Shown: positions 47,701 through 51,286 of the stretch, one piece after another
Numbering within the stretch: the first letter of the stretch is position 1
Layout: every line of letters begins with the position of its first letter
Source of the DNA: Elusimicrobiota bacterium
GTDB lineage: Bacteria; Elusimicrobiota; Elusimicrobia; F11
Length of the DNA: 64,000 bases
NCBI GenBank assembly: GCA_044221725.1
Contig: JBGAON010000003.1
Location: 192,001 to 256,000, forward strand
Direction: 5' to 3'
Program-made: the position numbers and the translations under genes
Notes under the pieces: generated by a model
What the model was told of the DNA's origin: nothing
What the model saw: the letters and a program-made list of their open reading frames with translations, nothing else
Database searches by the model: none

Positions 47701-50003
47701 CCGGGGATGTGACGGGCCTCACACCAAACACAAAGCTAAACGTGCGCGTGCGCGCTCGCTCGTCGGACGATATTACGGGTCAGGTTTCGGCGGCGGTGGT
47801 TGCGTACTCGTTGGCGAACATTCCCAATCAGCTCGTGGTCGCCCCGGGCTTTGATGAATCGCACGGCGCTTTCTTAAACATCGATTTCTCGTCGAACGGC
47901 AACTCGACGCCGACCGAGTACGCGGTGCGGATGGTGCAACGCGACTACGAAGTGCTTTCGTCGAGCTGGGTCGACAATGTGGGTGGCGTTCTCGGCACGC
48001 CGACATGGTTGCCACAAACGCATTGGATCCACACGCATCTGCGCACAGCGACAACCTATTATTACGAGGTTTACGCGCGCAACGGGTCCGGCATTCAGGC
48101 TGGACCGTCCACGATGGGTTCCGGCGTAACGGTTTCGTTGCCACCGCCAAGCTTGCTGCGTGGAAAAGGCTTTTCACCGACGGAAATTAACTGGATGTGG
48201 AAAGACAACGCGACCGACGAAGCCGGCTTCCGCGTGATCGCGAATGTTAACGGCACGCCAACCGTGATGGCCGAACGGTTGTTCTCCGATCCGCAGAACG
48301 GAACTCCCGACGGAGTAAATGTTGTCGAAACCGGACTCGCGGGCCCGAACCGTCCGTACACGCGCACCGTGGTCGCGTTCACGGCGCGAGGCAACAGTTT
48401 GCCGTCAAACGAATTTACCGCGTACACAATGGCCACCACGCCGGACGTCGAGTCGACGAACCACCAAGCGAGCGTGCTCAGTCAGGAAATCAAATTCAAA
48501 TTTAAAAACAACCTGCCGTTTGGTGAAGGCACCGCGGCCTACTACCGCGTGAAATTTACGACGGCGACGACCTACACGTTCATCGGCAACGAAGAGCGTT
48601 GGGACGACCCGGCGCAGGTGAAAGAATTTACGCGCGACATCGTGGCCAGTTACACCACGTGGTACCTGCACGTGATGAGCTACAACCAAAACAACGATCC
48701 GTCGATCGCGAAACCGTTTGGTCCGTATCCGCTGTTCCAAGACGTTGTTCCACCGGAAGTGAGCGACCTCACGCAAGATGGTTCCAGTGCGTTTAACGGA
48801 GCGCGCCCCGTGTCGGAAGCGCCGATTGGTCAGCGGCAGTATCCGCTCCAGGACGTGTCGTTTGCCGCCTCCATTCCGTGGGCGCCCGTCGTGAACAGCG
48901 TGCACGTCATTGTGACGAAGCGTTTGGAGCCGACAACGTTAACTCCGGCAAACGTGGTCGTGACCGCAATCCAAGACAATCACAGTCAGCCGGTCGTGAC
49001 GCAGCCTGTGATCACTTACACGGTTACTTACGACGATGCGTCGAAGCAGGTTCATGTGCTTTTCTCGCAATTGCCGGCGGGTTATTTGCTTGATCTCACG
49101 TTCAACGCCGGCGTAAAAGATTTGGCCGGCAATTCGTTCGCGAAAGATTTCCATTACCTGTTCCGCACGTTCTACGACAAAGACAAAGAAAACGTGTTTG
49201 TGTTGAACGATGTGCCAGGCCAGCAGAAAACCACTCTCACGTTTGCGCCGAAGGCGCTCGGTGAATCGGGCTCCATCGGCGGCGAAGGAAGTCCCAAAGA
49301 TTTTGCGTACGGTTACGACGTGGGCGCATTAAACATCGCCACGCAAAAACTCGTTCGCGCGGGCGGCGATCAAGCGTTGCCGTTGTCGCTGCGCTATGTC
49401 GGCGGGTTTGGTCCGTCGCGCGCTCGAATGAGCGGCGAGCTTCAGAGTGGTATGACGATCAGCATTCCGTACCGCGACGATAACAACGATGGAATCATCG
49501 ATTCGGTCGCGAACGCGCCGGTTTCGGAGGGGGGGCCGCAAAGCCAAGATGGTTACGCGACCGCATCCGCGCCGATTCGCGTGGCCACGCTGCAACTGAT
49601 GGTGTTTGACGAAGACCATCAGATCTGGGTGAAGGTGCCGGGCGCCATCGTCGACAAACAAAACAAAGTTGTGCGCGGCACCGTATATCGAATGGGTGTG
49701 TTCGGCGTCGTTGGATCGCCGTCAAACGATGTTTCAAATTCGTACGCGTACCCGGTTCCGTTTGTGGCCTCGAAAGACAGCACGATCAAATTTATCAACC
49801 TACCGGATGATGGAACGATCCGCGTCTACACGGCCGAAACGGGTCAGCTTGCGAAAGAAATTCAATTCGCGCCGGGCCACCCGGACCCGATCGAGTGGGA
49901 CGTGAGGAACGAAAGCGGCGAAGCGCTTGGTTCCGGTGTTTATCTGTATCAGATCAAGTCCGGTGGGAACACGAAGAAGGAGAAAATTGTTATCGTCAGG
50001 TGA
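23703..50003 (+). CDS. 8766-aa giant secreted/surface protein: FG-GAP (VCBS) beta-propellers, FN3/Ig stalk, T9SS-type-A/FlgD-like C-terminal domain
   Basis: Sec signal MKRIYS..VLA; many WGDxNxDGxxD repeats; FN3 motifs (L.PNT.Y...VRA.N); Ig-like GVKDLAGN domain; C-terminal YAYPVPF..IRVYT..W..RN..G..LGSGVYLY..KIVIVR. One open frame of 26301 nt. Confidence 0.92.
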   Translation: MKRIYSIAVLLFFGAPAFVLAQTKTWVGLGSDNNFGTANNWSPSGVPASNDVLLFDGSSNKPCRLEPVNGTALTIAGLTSVSNSTVTITLAADRRLVVNGDFNLSSGTFIADGFRMDIQGNWTTSKDSVFNCKTSTTIFTGTTVSNIEGSTTFYALQSTQADKLLNFAPLSRTTVLNMVNFQNVSLQCFDPLLTRPWYIVFLGTDQTLNNVTVGNSNASLGATMVADAASTDAGGNQNWAFWSAPPDPVGNLRVYKESQIGLTWSSPLGGADIYEIRISPNPINDTNIADASVAKIILSGSKQPETFAVSLTGLSFNGSYYAAVRSRRSAGQWSGLATGGPAEAGIFAKHSDFGLPNDMLNPILKIADFNSDGVSAIAGGHFMDIAIAGTVAGVPTLRVFRWDPNAAQYVKAFEQSESGSSPMLEWVDLNNDGNLDLIYGDSNSTKIFLNQGSGVRTPAFVDDNGVYSGSLPALSEGTLAVGDANNDGRIDLAFIGKTSSQDTPTVRLIISNGTALSYVNTPLDGTTITNGSIAWGDANRDGKEDLLVVGNESLMLLRNLGNNQFDKPWSTNGLSASAAAWIDMDHDGLLDFAVLGKQNGNPKILVYRNTTQQGIPSFDTPFDLEPGLFAGDFQQAVLAWGDINNDGWSDLLVMGSDGTNRHLIAFLNNDQGANPVQWTKIEPLGAQRGLDNGSLAFGNFDGDGQNNNGDLDFVAAGFDGSRPRLYVFENLTFSAVGNVPNARPAAPTALANSTDGANISFAWQSPTNDETSGTGMMFQIQVATVSFATNPTTLTVPGVHGSPLIGNYPSAFLDDTQRGVKLSLEDGTSYYWRVRAIDSAYAQGAYTEQGPVYLPPVPPNNITDLLAVSGAQISLTWTAPSARGDGLARVKGYEIYKSNTDPAVPINVASPNWTLLLNTTNTVLDPGKIQEMTVTGLTPNTNYWFAIRAYNDKTFAVLPGTASATAGHYQLADDKLVLSSATSRGSVAWGDINNDGYLDFVAAGNHGTVDTRVYLYNPNTKKFSLGQTLTEQMDDASVAMADYDQDGFLDLAVKGRLLPNSATSNRVFIYRNKGNNQTPTSQFFAPIDSRSIDPNFDTGTFGEIKWADYNADGTQDLIVLGPISGSFIGLTALRNDDVDHSFSPVLLSSETAGTIGGSMAWADVDNDGDLDVAIATSRNTSVLMNDGNGNFTKKWASEGLAGSAVAWGDFDNDGFWDLAVSGYASAAAQARLKVFPGDGAFNFDMRTMTMSTGTYSGSSLAGMLAWVDLDNDGYPELIASGQTSTKPTDPKRFMIFSNKFASTPANPLQIVEHPFGKDFGVYNGGLAAGDMGNDGDADLLLLGLQSTSSGADIQRLALLENLQADAGVGSINWAPPTNNLSTTFDSVSGIVTFHWNVPAAPAGVDSALARGLSYNLTVTNLSTGKIVVSSAIATPLLGNYLTHGQNSVAWSLHLPDATSYQWRVQTVDPSLHRSAFSAAQTVTVPAIPPAPVTDLSATAGAQVRLTWTAPGDDGQSGTVTKYRIYFSPNSFANVTDAGVSLVAIAAAGANPPFVRGGLTESRDITGLVPGTLYYFRVLGEDRNGVVSNLPNSIASAKATHFSSELVTGFTGIAEGQLAIGQLNNDARFDVAEIGMGPSALAFHALIGQAAGGFSQTTIGAGLKDSALTLVDIDRNGSIDALVSGLDTNQNPTTKLYLNTNGTFTGSNIALPAMSRGGYAVGDIDNDGDLDIVAVGAGVNGVRLYENVNMNNAFQINTAKKLFNVSFSSGAAVALADVDGDGTLDIVVAGFDGTRARFMVLKQTNGVFSIYNEPFGPLDGYTNASLCWADVNLDGKWDLVVSGQRQGANSEIAIFEGTGNPATPFIYHPFNTPGTSQPLNSGNSGAGALAVGDINNDGYPDITVAGLDPQANKGRLFVYLNSGAALPAGAISWSVEEPLGPGFGLTKASLALADVDNDGDLDLVAMGLDNSSKRVVKYFKNLQVESGLPANAAPTQPALSYTVNGALATFRWDIGNASEVDKKALTYDLAITYRTGGNTYTMVSPQQATPMQGNTPMIGLGNTASISRTLALKDNTTYFVKVRSIDAGLRASAWSNEVSVDLSNVPPGNFIDFAVAPAAKAELTWTAPGGDGAVGQLQSYDIRRSNQPIDPADLTAFLALPQIPNIPTPKVAGQPESVMVTGLVTGTQYYFAIRGYDGTGGYTSIATANVAAGALKLVQTLTGLGDTAITVADYNRDGMKDLLLAGDDGVQAWKGNGTTFTLDSQASFPGLQSPAIAALDWDTDGKIDFVAAGNQTNKIAYIYRNNTPNSPAFATVVGSSITGFTEGSFAWGDANRDGDMDLAVAGNGLDGIYLYSNVSRANPTAPFVGVKISSVALNGGAALAWGDIDNDGIPDLIATGADSSFVPRLMVLLGTGNGNFAAPIDVFVTDGYREAGVVVTDFNGDGLPDIAITGRRRTGPFTQLLANQSTPGAVQFSVSNLPASGLSSGTNETSGIAAGDLNNDGKIDLAVSGVDQSGSARLIIYLNRLPSAWEIVEPLGRNQGLSRSRLAFVDQDGDGDLELVATGVDAQNNKKLLVFKNESVENVGPNGTNIRPNAPTLNAPSLSGNQISLTWTKTSDAGVANTQTPSDAMNYDLEVLEAPNGNPTNTSVYLSTAVSSPYAGNISPKRGATLSYVLIARDNHTYSARVRAVDAGLLPGVWSNTQSQLIGIIDPAQITDLTAVSGAQVNLRWTAVGADGNVGTASSYILRYWTSGSFDTGTTVPLPAPKSAGATESTVVTGLQPNQTYFFGIKAVDENGHASALSNTPSAMAGLFELAQELPGLRYGAAAMGRVFDNNNQFVALGSSGAGVGQALVYGMTNGQFVLKQDLNKQLLSGTAAWGDYNGDGKLDLAIGGTEKFFSSTQTRLYFFRNSGTQLVEDTALALSFQPTSLAWRDYDNDGDLDLLVSGQTSVSTKFTRVYENRNGTFVQVWEKQIAGAAAWIDEDKDGWPDILISGNGFQANSSKTSVYKNVLTSQPTVYFSESLSTETISATLQGAVAVGDANRDGMSDIAMTGTDQAVPLKIFLNTSNGFSVNAPLDLGISLSSATMAWADLNHDGWSDLVVSGFDANVNRARLLVYLNNNGAFGVPFEPLGENAFAGGLALGNVDGDADIDVVASGEAAGGAARLTYLKNVLLDRGGSTNAAPGTITTSAPNVNGTNLILNWNIPTDDHTLSSAITYGVRVATMPLATANSFVKSFVAASPFVGNADINSATVRVRDGQTYYWSVRAIDGSFVEGPEAVGQSITVNGIPPGNISDLTATTGLQAKLSWTAPGADGNAGTATSYDLRYWQDGGSYATGTPYSIPAPKPAGTAESVGINGLKPNGVYYFALRAIDDGGLASSVSNISSATASSFGIAQSFFGNGVGLESAGLAAGDVNNDGNLDFVMVGASGTVSLTRVYESDGNGGFTIIDKDNLSNNFVGLQNAAVAVGDMDNSFGWLDFAIAGRGTNGESLKIYRQVSANQFAKTDLDQYGVVDGSLAFGDVDGDGKPDLAIMGQNASGTVYRLLVLRNSGTGLVHDPNWDLSASSGVAQGQIALADMDNDGKLDLVVLGRRNTAPFTSNLRIFPNTGNTAQPFAGGINVEDISFSYGSMATGDVDNDGDLDVIVNISAQPRLYRNKFSQTGVLGFDINKLGLPSLRNGQIAFADWNNDGFLDIAMSGVSGSTRKLMVVPQSVVGGQAFGFDLAQAQEILGPNQGLENSSLIFGDFDNDGDADLLVTGKDNSFPVSRQFYLLKNLDIDSSINPGRSNPKPTAPNLASVAYNYDGSILRIRWDASSDQNAAGASSADSLSYSIEVKSGDGSATFLSGAYGTPLFGDFIRPHKVGNKLEYQMRVLPFGQTNYNDRSVRIRAIDTSLQAGPWSSVSTVVLNKVSAPLNPQGAANSFDKITWSWDPPTVTEGLLGYRVTKLDGTPVSPNLPSDVTSWQESQLLSNTNYSRRIEAFNAIMSSASTSVTTKTLDRVFAGAPDAPTNLSVALPTGATIYDQLALAWQDASPSSPDRQAEGYNVERATAATGPYTQIATVIPAALTYVDGGLTANASYYYRVFGFNGTGGGVSSASSVSGRRTRQQKPVTPLFQNVYSSSMTIRWNTANSVGTRFEIWVSTDAGFSEYAPTIATQLTNAPTMQATINNLTALTTFYARVRTLSDSSDLPAVDADFVLVPGFAVTLAPVITLTKPALTSVGPLFDPQLYTQLQATWTAVTNALAYSLERSLTPTIGFSVVATANAPALTAVDPGPLSPDKIYYYRVRAINGANVSPYSDVVSTRTKSAPVDAWLTYDVNISSLIARWSRHGNPSSVSYQLIRSSRNFTEPLFTLLQTSTDNATINSLTPNTTYAFRIRSVNTNGIPSTLDYSDVQTKTVVTLAKIPTPLSYPAVGANFVTAAWDAGNPANPTGTVYTVQLALDAGFTSSVIQSTTAFTQFTFSNLANETVYFGRVKATNHAGMDTAWALLNSTMTLSSAYEINPPTNLLLTVISAHAMNLDWQDNSSNETAFAIDRSLNGSLWTLAATLPANTQTYLDQTGLLADTSYYYRVRALNDAISSQASNALFDVTLAEPPAFFTGGLTVTTTSLNAVWGPAGNPTSTRYEVRWASAPFANFTFAPLVTNTVYTIPSLQVNTTYQVDVRAWNGDVPSVPTAFVNLGTRATLAVSPSATSITPIYISSVVANCSPNENPAGTRYEFVASLNSNFSTTDAFLSTMPASNAVAIDGLAGGTTYYFRMRAINHGGVPTSPWVLFGTPDLVRTNDAPILTSTSPANPHFVFVASTTLNLAWDPTNNADDYRLRRRMNGGSPVEFLTGSVATNFTDGLSSVLTPNASYSYQVTALNGPYSTLPSVEITTVTLAAIPGALQSLSVTPTSLIVTWDPANNSQGTKYTVQVDPITNGTPSTTFRDVFLPSATISGLTPNTTVEIRVQAVNILGARTSFVFVVSTVTRANLPINVTNNVSINVATVTWNANSNPTDTRYEMNVSAGDTMNPNTQIYFNVSTSTRAVLNGLSANSTYTYTITSINRAGDRNASLPITFTTQPSPVTSGSLTVFVTSATVDTLTAGSNPPDTIYRFTARDLSTNIISQTQSASLPLTIQGLQSNTTHAFSLNAIGRTGSVSAVYAFANRATLANAPGAGGITNVGTNFVQSSWTANGNPGGTIYELEAVPVGTQTEIFAPRTTQLIAQVSPLNTNTSYDMYVRAVNRTGMLTPWTLLGTTTTLTANAVVGVPTNVAVRPPLDLVTTPELDLSWSAPVAVPGVPDPVGYDIFRDNNGVLTQIGSVAVAGPLTFVDTGSPSAPMLPNSIYSYRVAARSAGQNPVLNFSNLVSSATYAVKPTVSATVSSSTITTVKFFWDDNVNPNTPTYRAELSADNFQTVLAQQAVSQKTAIFVGLQPNTSYYARVRTIGLMNIETANTAIGIQVTLATRAIAGVPPFGTVTSNSIQANWSSTNPSETNFLVETSWSNGVGPSVTTSNPNTATVGSLFPNTNYTVTVTALNRVGVPSFPPTLLGTVKTGASVFISSPTDLIVTRPAGGETDRLLLAWQDNSSGAAEEDSFSIFRWSANESVTEVGQVPGVAGAGNQLTYTSTNLLPNKNYFFFVVARKGAELSLPSNNANATTWAAVPQWAPVALSRTDKSITATWTPDTNPLGTRYRLEVSSDNFATPFVIASSQTVGFTATINGLLSNAVYSVRVSAIDPVQGSFAIPVLSTNTLAAVPLPVLVGDAFEDFVSSITAHWFSNENVTDTAYTLKAYSDAALANQAGSVVVNQTQGTINGLAANTTYWFTVKAANRDGGFSPIFNLGPSVTLPSAFLLSATPPADNVLWRGRNVPVGSSFAFATDAFGNPSHAAYLRYLWIKDQPSFTWPSDDNQDLVPNIWRAGDGDRVIVASETGVYYLQVKAYSWANEGNPETEKSYGPFNVDVDTPTPNPEVIANVVRATNALTWVGSVASDPTPPTGAGLASQAYGWTFGNGAEKFQTESSSVTAGLSANTAYTMALRARDNAVPANITEPAAITAATSQNLPTGIVANEIQMTSATFTVQGTFPNVTVGRSGIQVKMVSNGNEIFSSTVQSTVVTVEGLRGNVTYDVFARAFNQDGFPTDWTTPISTTTRGTRPDITADKPPYPPAVYPGNTLVRFADKGAFQRGEVAYYKFLVTPYNYEPDSLTFSTGATRVDAGSWAYLFVRSQVSYVHIRSYDVSNRSLPGDYLMLGPWVIDADAPRILGVSSATVTGTTSMTFTIGESEDVGLAGFPANPFSFDNGATWVSQNVLVREDLTANTSYFADILVRDAVGNVSSPAIHLAAYTFQNIPTGVTVTSRSGNHVVVAAQGAFPNVETALSGLQFDTMPPGPTQPWLQVNSATFSFLSFNSSYSVTAKARNADGTETALSPETVVWTLAKPPRLVAVQGVEREWAKNPLFKFRALELPGLSTYDHFRIAWSTNPTYAFNGTLREQDWAPRALTDEFVTTATVSGRWYLHFVSVNRTGDIAFADPADRLSWFGYDVEAPSPNPAQFGTPVPSSNLITWFASNVTTDTLSGLNSSPYIWNFIGGANGGDTFTADPSSTTFALTPNKLYTQMLRVRDALGNTADAVQQSTYTLAATPSTFNSFRVYKTSVTAEWLTNLNPAGTIFTSQISVDGAFASVFETSRTVANAATFGAAPAPGALNANTTYYVRVRAENFANIPTAWIVLGTVTTRPDAPSVVVSTNSAAPYNPALIGGAFAVGTTFTGVSEIPLGTSIEYYRWVWDRNPTYGSFSGLEDRVDASRPLISTSPAAGGDYYLHVGSFHGGTIPFDEVIQSVNIGPFHVFGQTGSNPVAQAVEISSTSVRWRQNHANGSNFVDANCATSGGYYGFQLESGTTFWTCPDPVNPSIIDYVTTALMPNTTYTMNAYLRDSLGNITGPASATAATLQTTPTGVTASNIWTSSMSLTAQGNFFNTGAGTGEFQFTIARGLSVIQSPWLPTPSWNVPGGTLEANSRYSVTVKARNRTGNETNTSAPIIVVTLAEIPDAQKVRPALDADGNPLFVAGGYYPLGTNFTFVNNAGWASPEGKVQYYQVIADTNPTVADLNLFNNSNITTRWDSVDYSTRPTVSGSYYVHVRSYNSANVGGPVYNFGFLSLDGIAPTPNPMQLDHVDVYTTSVTWVAAAAQDEVGGSGLSASPYNFDYPNDVWRTSPSFTSNLNLLNLPIDPNTQVSINLAARDNAGNATTPLFASTFTYAVRPQLVGGVSIFTSSATLTWDGLRNSSFTVYQMGASQSADMSNATIQTIGTNVSSGTITGLQAATAYYIGVRAVNFYGHATEWRVAQAGMTDDTILPPAITSLNLFDTKADMTWVSLSPAGSTFEVLSNTGTILDTTPAPQNIGSVLTYRFQPLTANTTYTFGVRAHTPNNLISVYSSSVGVTLATAPVNGSLTIFVSSASASWTEGPNLIPGETLYELRASLASTLDQPADKKVFVRGTSGMVTGLSPDTSYYFAVRAINHAGVPTAWLNLGFAPTPVSPPVAPFSYTGLTPSAVNVGWGDGGNPATVHYVIQRSRDNFQTVDDSSDTFVTPWANTGLMFNTTYYFRGKSIGRLSSTNFVSFGSVVTLATAPVPGTLTPFVNRIDVTWTSNNNPAGTVYFAEASETPSFTSGLRSSSTTGLQTTIEGLAPDTTYYVRVTAVNFAGAATTPSVFGAPTATLAYTPVQPSLLAKWTAGALKNNVIVTISAGDLNPIQTLYAIYNANANVYLSGDGNGGTSASPVWFSRDDWSRDLNGTTTGVLRGTHGNVPAWTDYSYRVLAKNQNGVLTALSSTSTVRTVPQKPALAAAVLNNDEVQLSWGAMGSIGFQAYVSLDGVNFVPYFDSVPVGTTVHYMIPPANGTTTYIPAGLTETRHDVDGGTPADASPLAYVSATSTTIKFQWTPVANPEAATIRYYKLAGVGVFDQQGEPSDILPAQVQPIIKSYDIFGEKGNVPGYVYPALPPGPTGDVTGLTPNTKLNVRVRARSSDDITGQVSAAVVAYSLANIPNQLVVAPGFDESHGAFLNIDFSSNGNSTPTEYAVRMVQRDYEVLSSSWVDNVGGVLGTPTWLPQTHWIHTHLRTATTYYYEVYARNGSGIQAGPSTMGSGVTVSLPPPSLLRGKGFSPTEINWMWKDNATDEAGFRVIANVNGTPTVMAERLFSDPQNGTPDGVNVVETGLAGPNRPYTRTVVAFTARGNSLPSNEFTAYTMATTPDVESTNHQASVLSQEIKFKFKNNLPFGEGTAAYYRVKFTTATTYTFIGNEERWDDPAQVKEFTRDIVASYTTWYLHVMSYNQNNDPSIAKPFGPYPLFQDVVPPEVSDLTQDGSSAFNGARPVSEAPIGQRQYPLQDVSFAASIPWAPVVNSVHVIVTKRLEPTTLTPANVVVTAIQDNHSQPVVTQPVITYTVTYDDASKQVHVLFSQLPAGYLLDLTFNAGVKDLAGNSFAKDFHYLFRTFYDKDKENVFVLNDVPGQQKTTLTFAPKALGESGSIGGEGSPKDFAYGYDVGALNIATQKLVRAGGDQALPLSLRYVGGFGPSRARMSGELQSGMTISIPYRDDNNDGIIDSVANAPVSEGGPQSQDGYATASAPIRVATLQLMVFDEDHQIWVKVPGAIVDKQNKVVRGTVYRMGVFGVVGSPSNDVSNSYAYPVPFVASKDSTIKFINLPDDGTIRVYTAETGQLAKEIQFAPGHPDPIEWDVRNESGEALGSGVYLYQIKSGGNTKKEKIVIVR
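24432..35445 (+). repeat. Six ~600-aa FN3 / FG-GAP propeller / FN3 modules within the giant ORF
   Basis: Module starts (PP..I.DL....Q..L.WTAP-like) near 24432, 26271, 28161, 30012, 31836, 33579; diverged at the DNA level. Confidence 0.8.
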
Positions 50004-50007
50004 CGCT

Positions 50008-50334
50008 ATGAAAAAAATTACACTCGCATTTGCTGCTCTTGCCTTAAATTCGCTGGTTTTTGCGGAGCCCCATCCGTATCCGGTTCCTTTCACTCCGAGT
50101 CGAAACGCGGCCCACACCGCCATCACGTTCACCGATCTCGCGGGGGATGGTCGTATCCGGATTTACACCATCGACGGAAAATTGGTGAATGAGATCGGTA
50201 TCGCCCAGGGGCAACTCACCGTGGATTGGCCCGCCACAAATTCCAAAGGGGAAAAGGTGGCCACCGGCGTCTACATCTACAACATCGAGACGGGCGGCAG
50301 CTCCACGCAAGGGAAACTCGTCGTTATTCGCTAG
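50008..50334 (+). CDS. Signal peptide plus stand-alone T9SS-like/FlgD-Ig C-terminal domain (108 aa)
   Basis: ATG 50008, 4 nt after the giant gene stop; MKKITLAF..VFA then HPYPVPF..IRIYTIDGKLV..W..TNSKGEKVATGVYIY..GKLVVIR, paralogous to the giant's C-terminus. Confidence 0.88.
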   Translation: MKKITLAFAALALNSLVFAEPHPYPVPFTPSRNAAHTAITFTDLAGDGRIRIYTIDGKLVNEIGIAQGQLTVDWPATNSKGEKVATGVYIYNIETGGSSTQGKLVVIR

Positions 50335-50719
50335 GTTGGCTAAGTTTCTTTAAAAGTTGTCCGAATTCCTTTTTGGTCATTCTGTGTTCTGCGATTTTTA
50401 TCATTGCTTCATAAAGCATTCGTTTCGGATCTTCGACATCGATTTCATTTAATTCCAGAAAGACCAGTGCAGCAGCAAGCGCTGTCCTTTTGTTTCCGTC
50501 AAGAAAAGGCTGATTTTGTGCTATGTGAAACGCGTAGGCGGCCGCCATGTCCTGTAGCGAGTCATGTAGAAATACGCCAGTGGACGTGGCTTGCGGAACC
50601 ATCATCGCCGATTCAAGAAGTCCCAGATCACGAATTCCGGCGCTTCCGCCGAAAACCTCGAGCTGTTGTTCGTGAAGATCCAGAATCTCGGCGAGCGTAA
50701 GAAAGAGCGGCTCGTTCAC
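50324..50719 (-). CDS. doc: Doc/Fic-family toxin of a type II TA system
   Basis: FGGSAGIRDLGLLESA; Fic-like motif NQPFLDGNKRTA; ATGA/GTGA-type 4-nt overlap with the antitoxin. Confidence 0.88.
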   Translation of the reverse strand: MNEPLFLTLAEILDLHEQQLEVFGGSAGIRDLGLLESAMMVPQATSTGVFLHDSLQDMAAAYAFHIAQNQPFLDGNKRTALAAALVFLELNEIDVEDPKRMLYEAMIKIAEHRMTKKEFGQLLKKLSQPSE

Positions 50720-50943
50720 TTAGCCAGATCCTCAAATGTTTTGTGATGGCGCTTCATGATTTTTGCCGCGGCCTTTTTGAATTTCTCTTCCCGCTGGGCA
50801 TCCTTAATGGGTGAAACGATGAGATTTTTCCCGTCGGTGCTCAGTTCCAGGGGCGTGTCCATTGATATCTTCAATATATCGAGAATTGGTTTATCAATGA
50901 TAAGCGCTGCGCTGTTGCCATGTGCCGTTAAATGCTTGACCAT
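50716..50943 (-). CDS. AbrB/MazE-family antitoxin (75 aa)
   Basis: MVKHLTAHGNSAALIIDKPIL..LIVSP; SD GGAGG upstream of ATG 50943; upstream of doc. Confidence 0.88.
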   Translation of the reverse strand: MVKHLTAHGNSAALIIDKPILDILKISMDTPLELSTDGKNLIVSPIKDAQREEKFKKAAAKIMKRHHKTFEDLAK

Positions 50944-50974
50944 AAAACCTCCCAAATGAAGTCCTTCGGATGGA

Positions 50975-51012
50975 AGTATATAGGATACACAAAGGATATA
51001 CAATGGATACAC
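50975..51012 (-). promoter_or_regulatory. TA operon sigma-70 promoter overlapped by three direct-repeat operators
   Basis: -35 TTGTAT (51003-50998), 17 nt, -10 TATACT (50980-50975); GGATAYAC repeats at 50983, 50994, 51005 (11-bp period). Confidence 0.75.
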
Positions 51013-51222
51013 CCAGGGAAGGGCGGCTGCTTCGTAATATCGGCGGGAACCTGTAGATGGTCTCAAAAGGACTGGCGCTGCCGGCGAATCTCCAGACTTT
51101 CTTGCGGTTAGACGAGCTGCCGAGATTCAATTAAGGTATTTTGAAGCGGCCGAGATATCGTTCGAATGATCCTCAGTGCTGCATAATAAGCTGTCTTTTC
51201 AGGCTATTTTTGGTGGCCTTTT

Positions 51223-51286
51223 TTAAGCCCTTCTTAACCTCGTCTTAAAGCGCCCTTAATCCAGCCTTGTTACAGTTTGGTTACAT
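51223..51286 (+). promoter_or_regulatory. Pho-box-like 11-bp-periodic array plus extended -10 upstream of the PorV-like/TolC/RND operon
   Basis: TTAA at 51223, 51234, 51245, 51256; TGt-TACAGT with hexamer at 51271; second GTTAC 11 nt later; ATG 51287; no SD. Confidence 0.75.

Noticed and set aside
23714..49905. Many antisense and alternate-frame ORFs inside the giant gene (for example 35187-36791, 534 aa)
   Set aside because: Shadow ORFs expected from GC-rich codon bias; Arg-rich with no recognisable motifs.
49927..50007. Longer track starts for the CTD gene (49927), antitoxin (51066), TPR gene (53223) and lipoprotein (59814)
   Set aside because: Downstream starts give proper signal peptides, SD sites or stop/start overlaps; the extensions overlap neighbouring genes or promoters.
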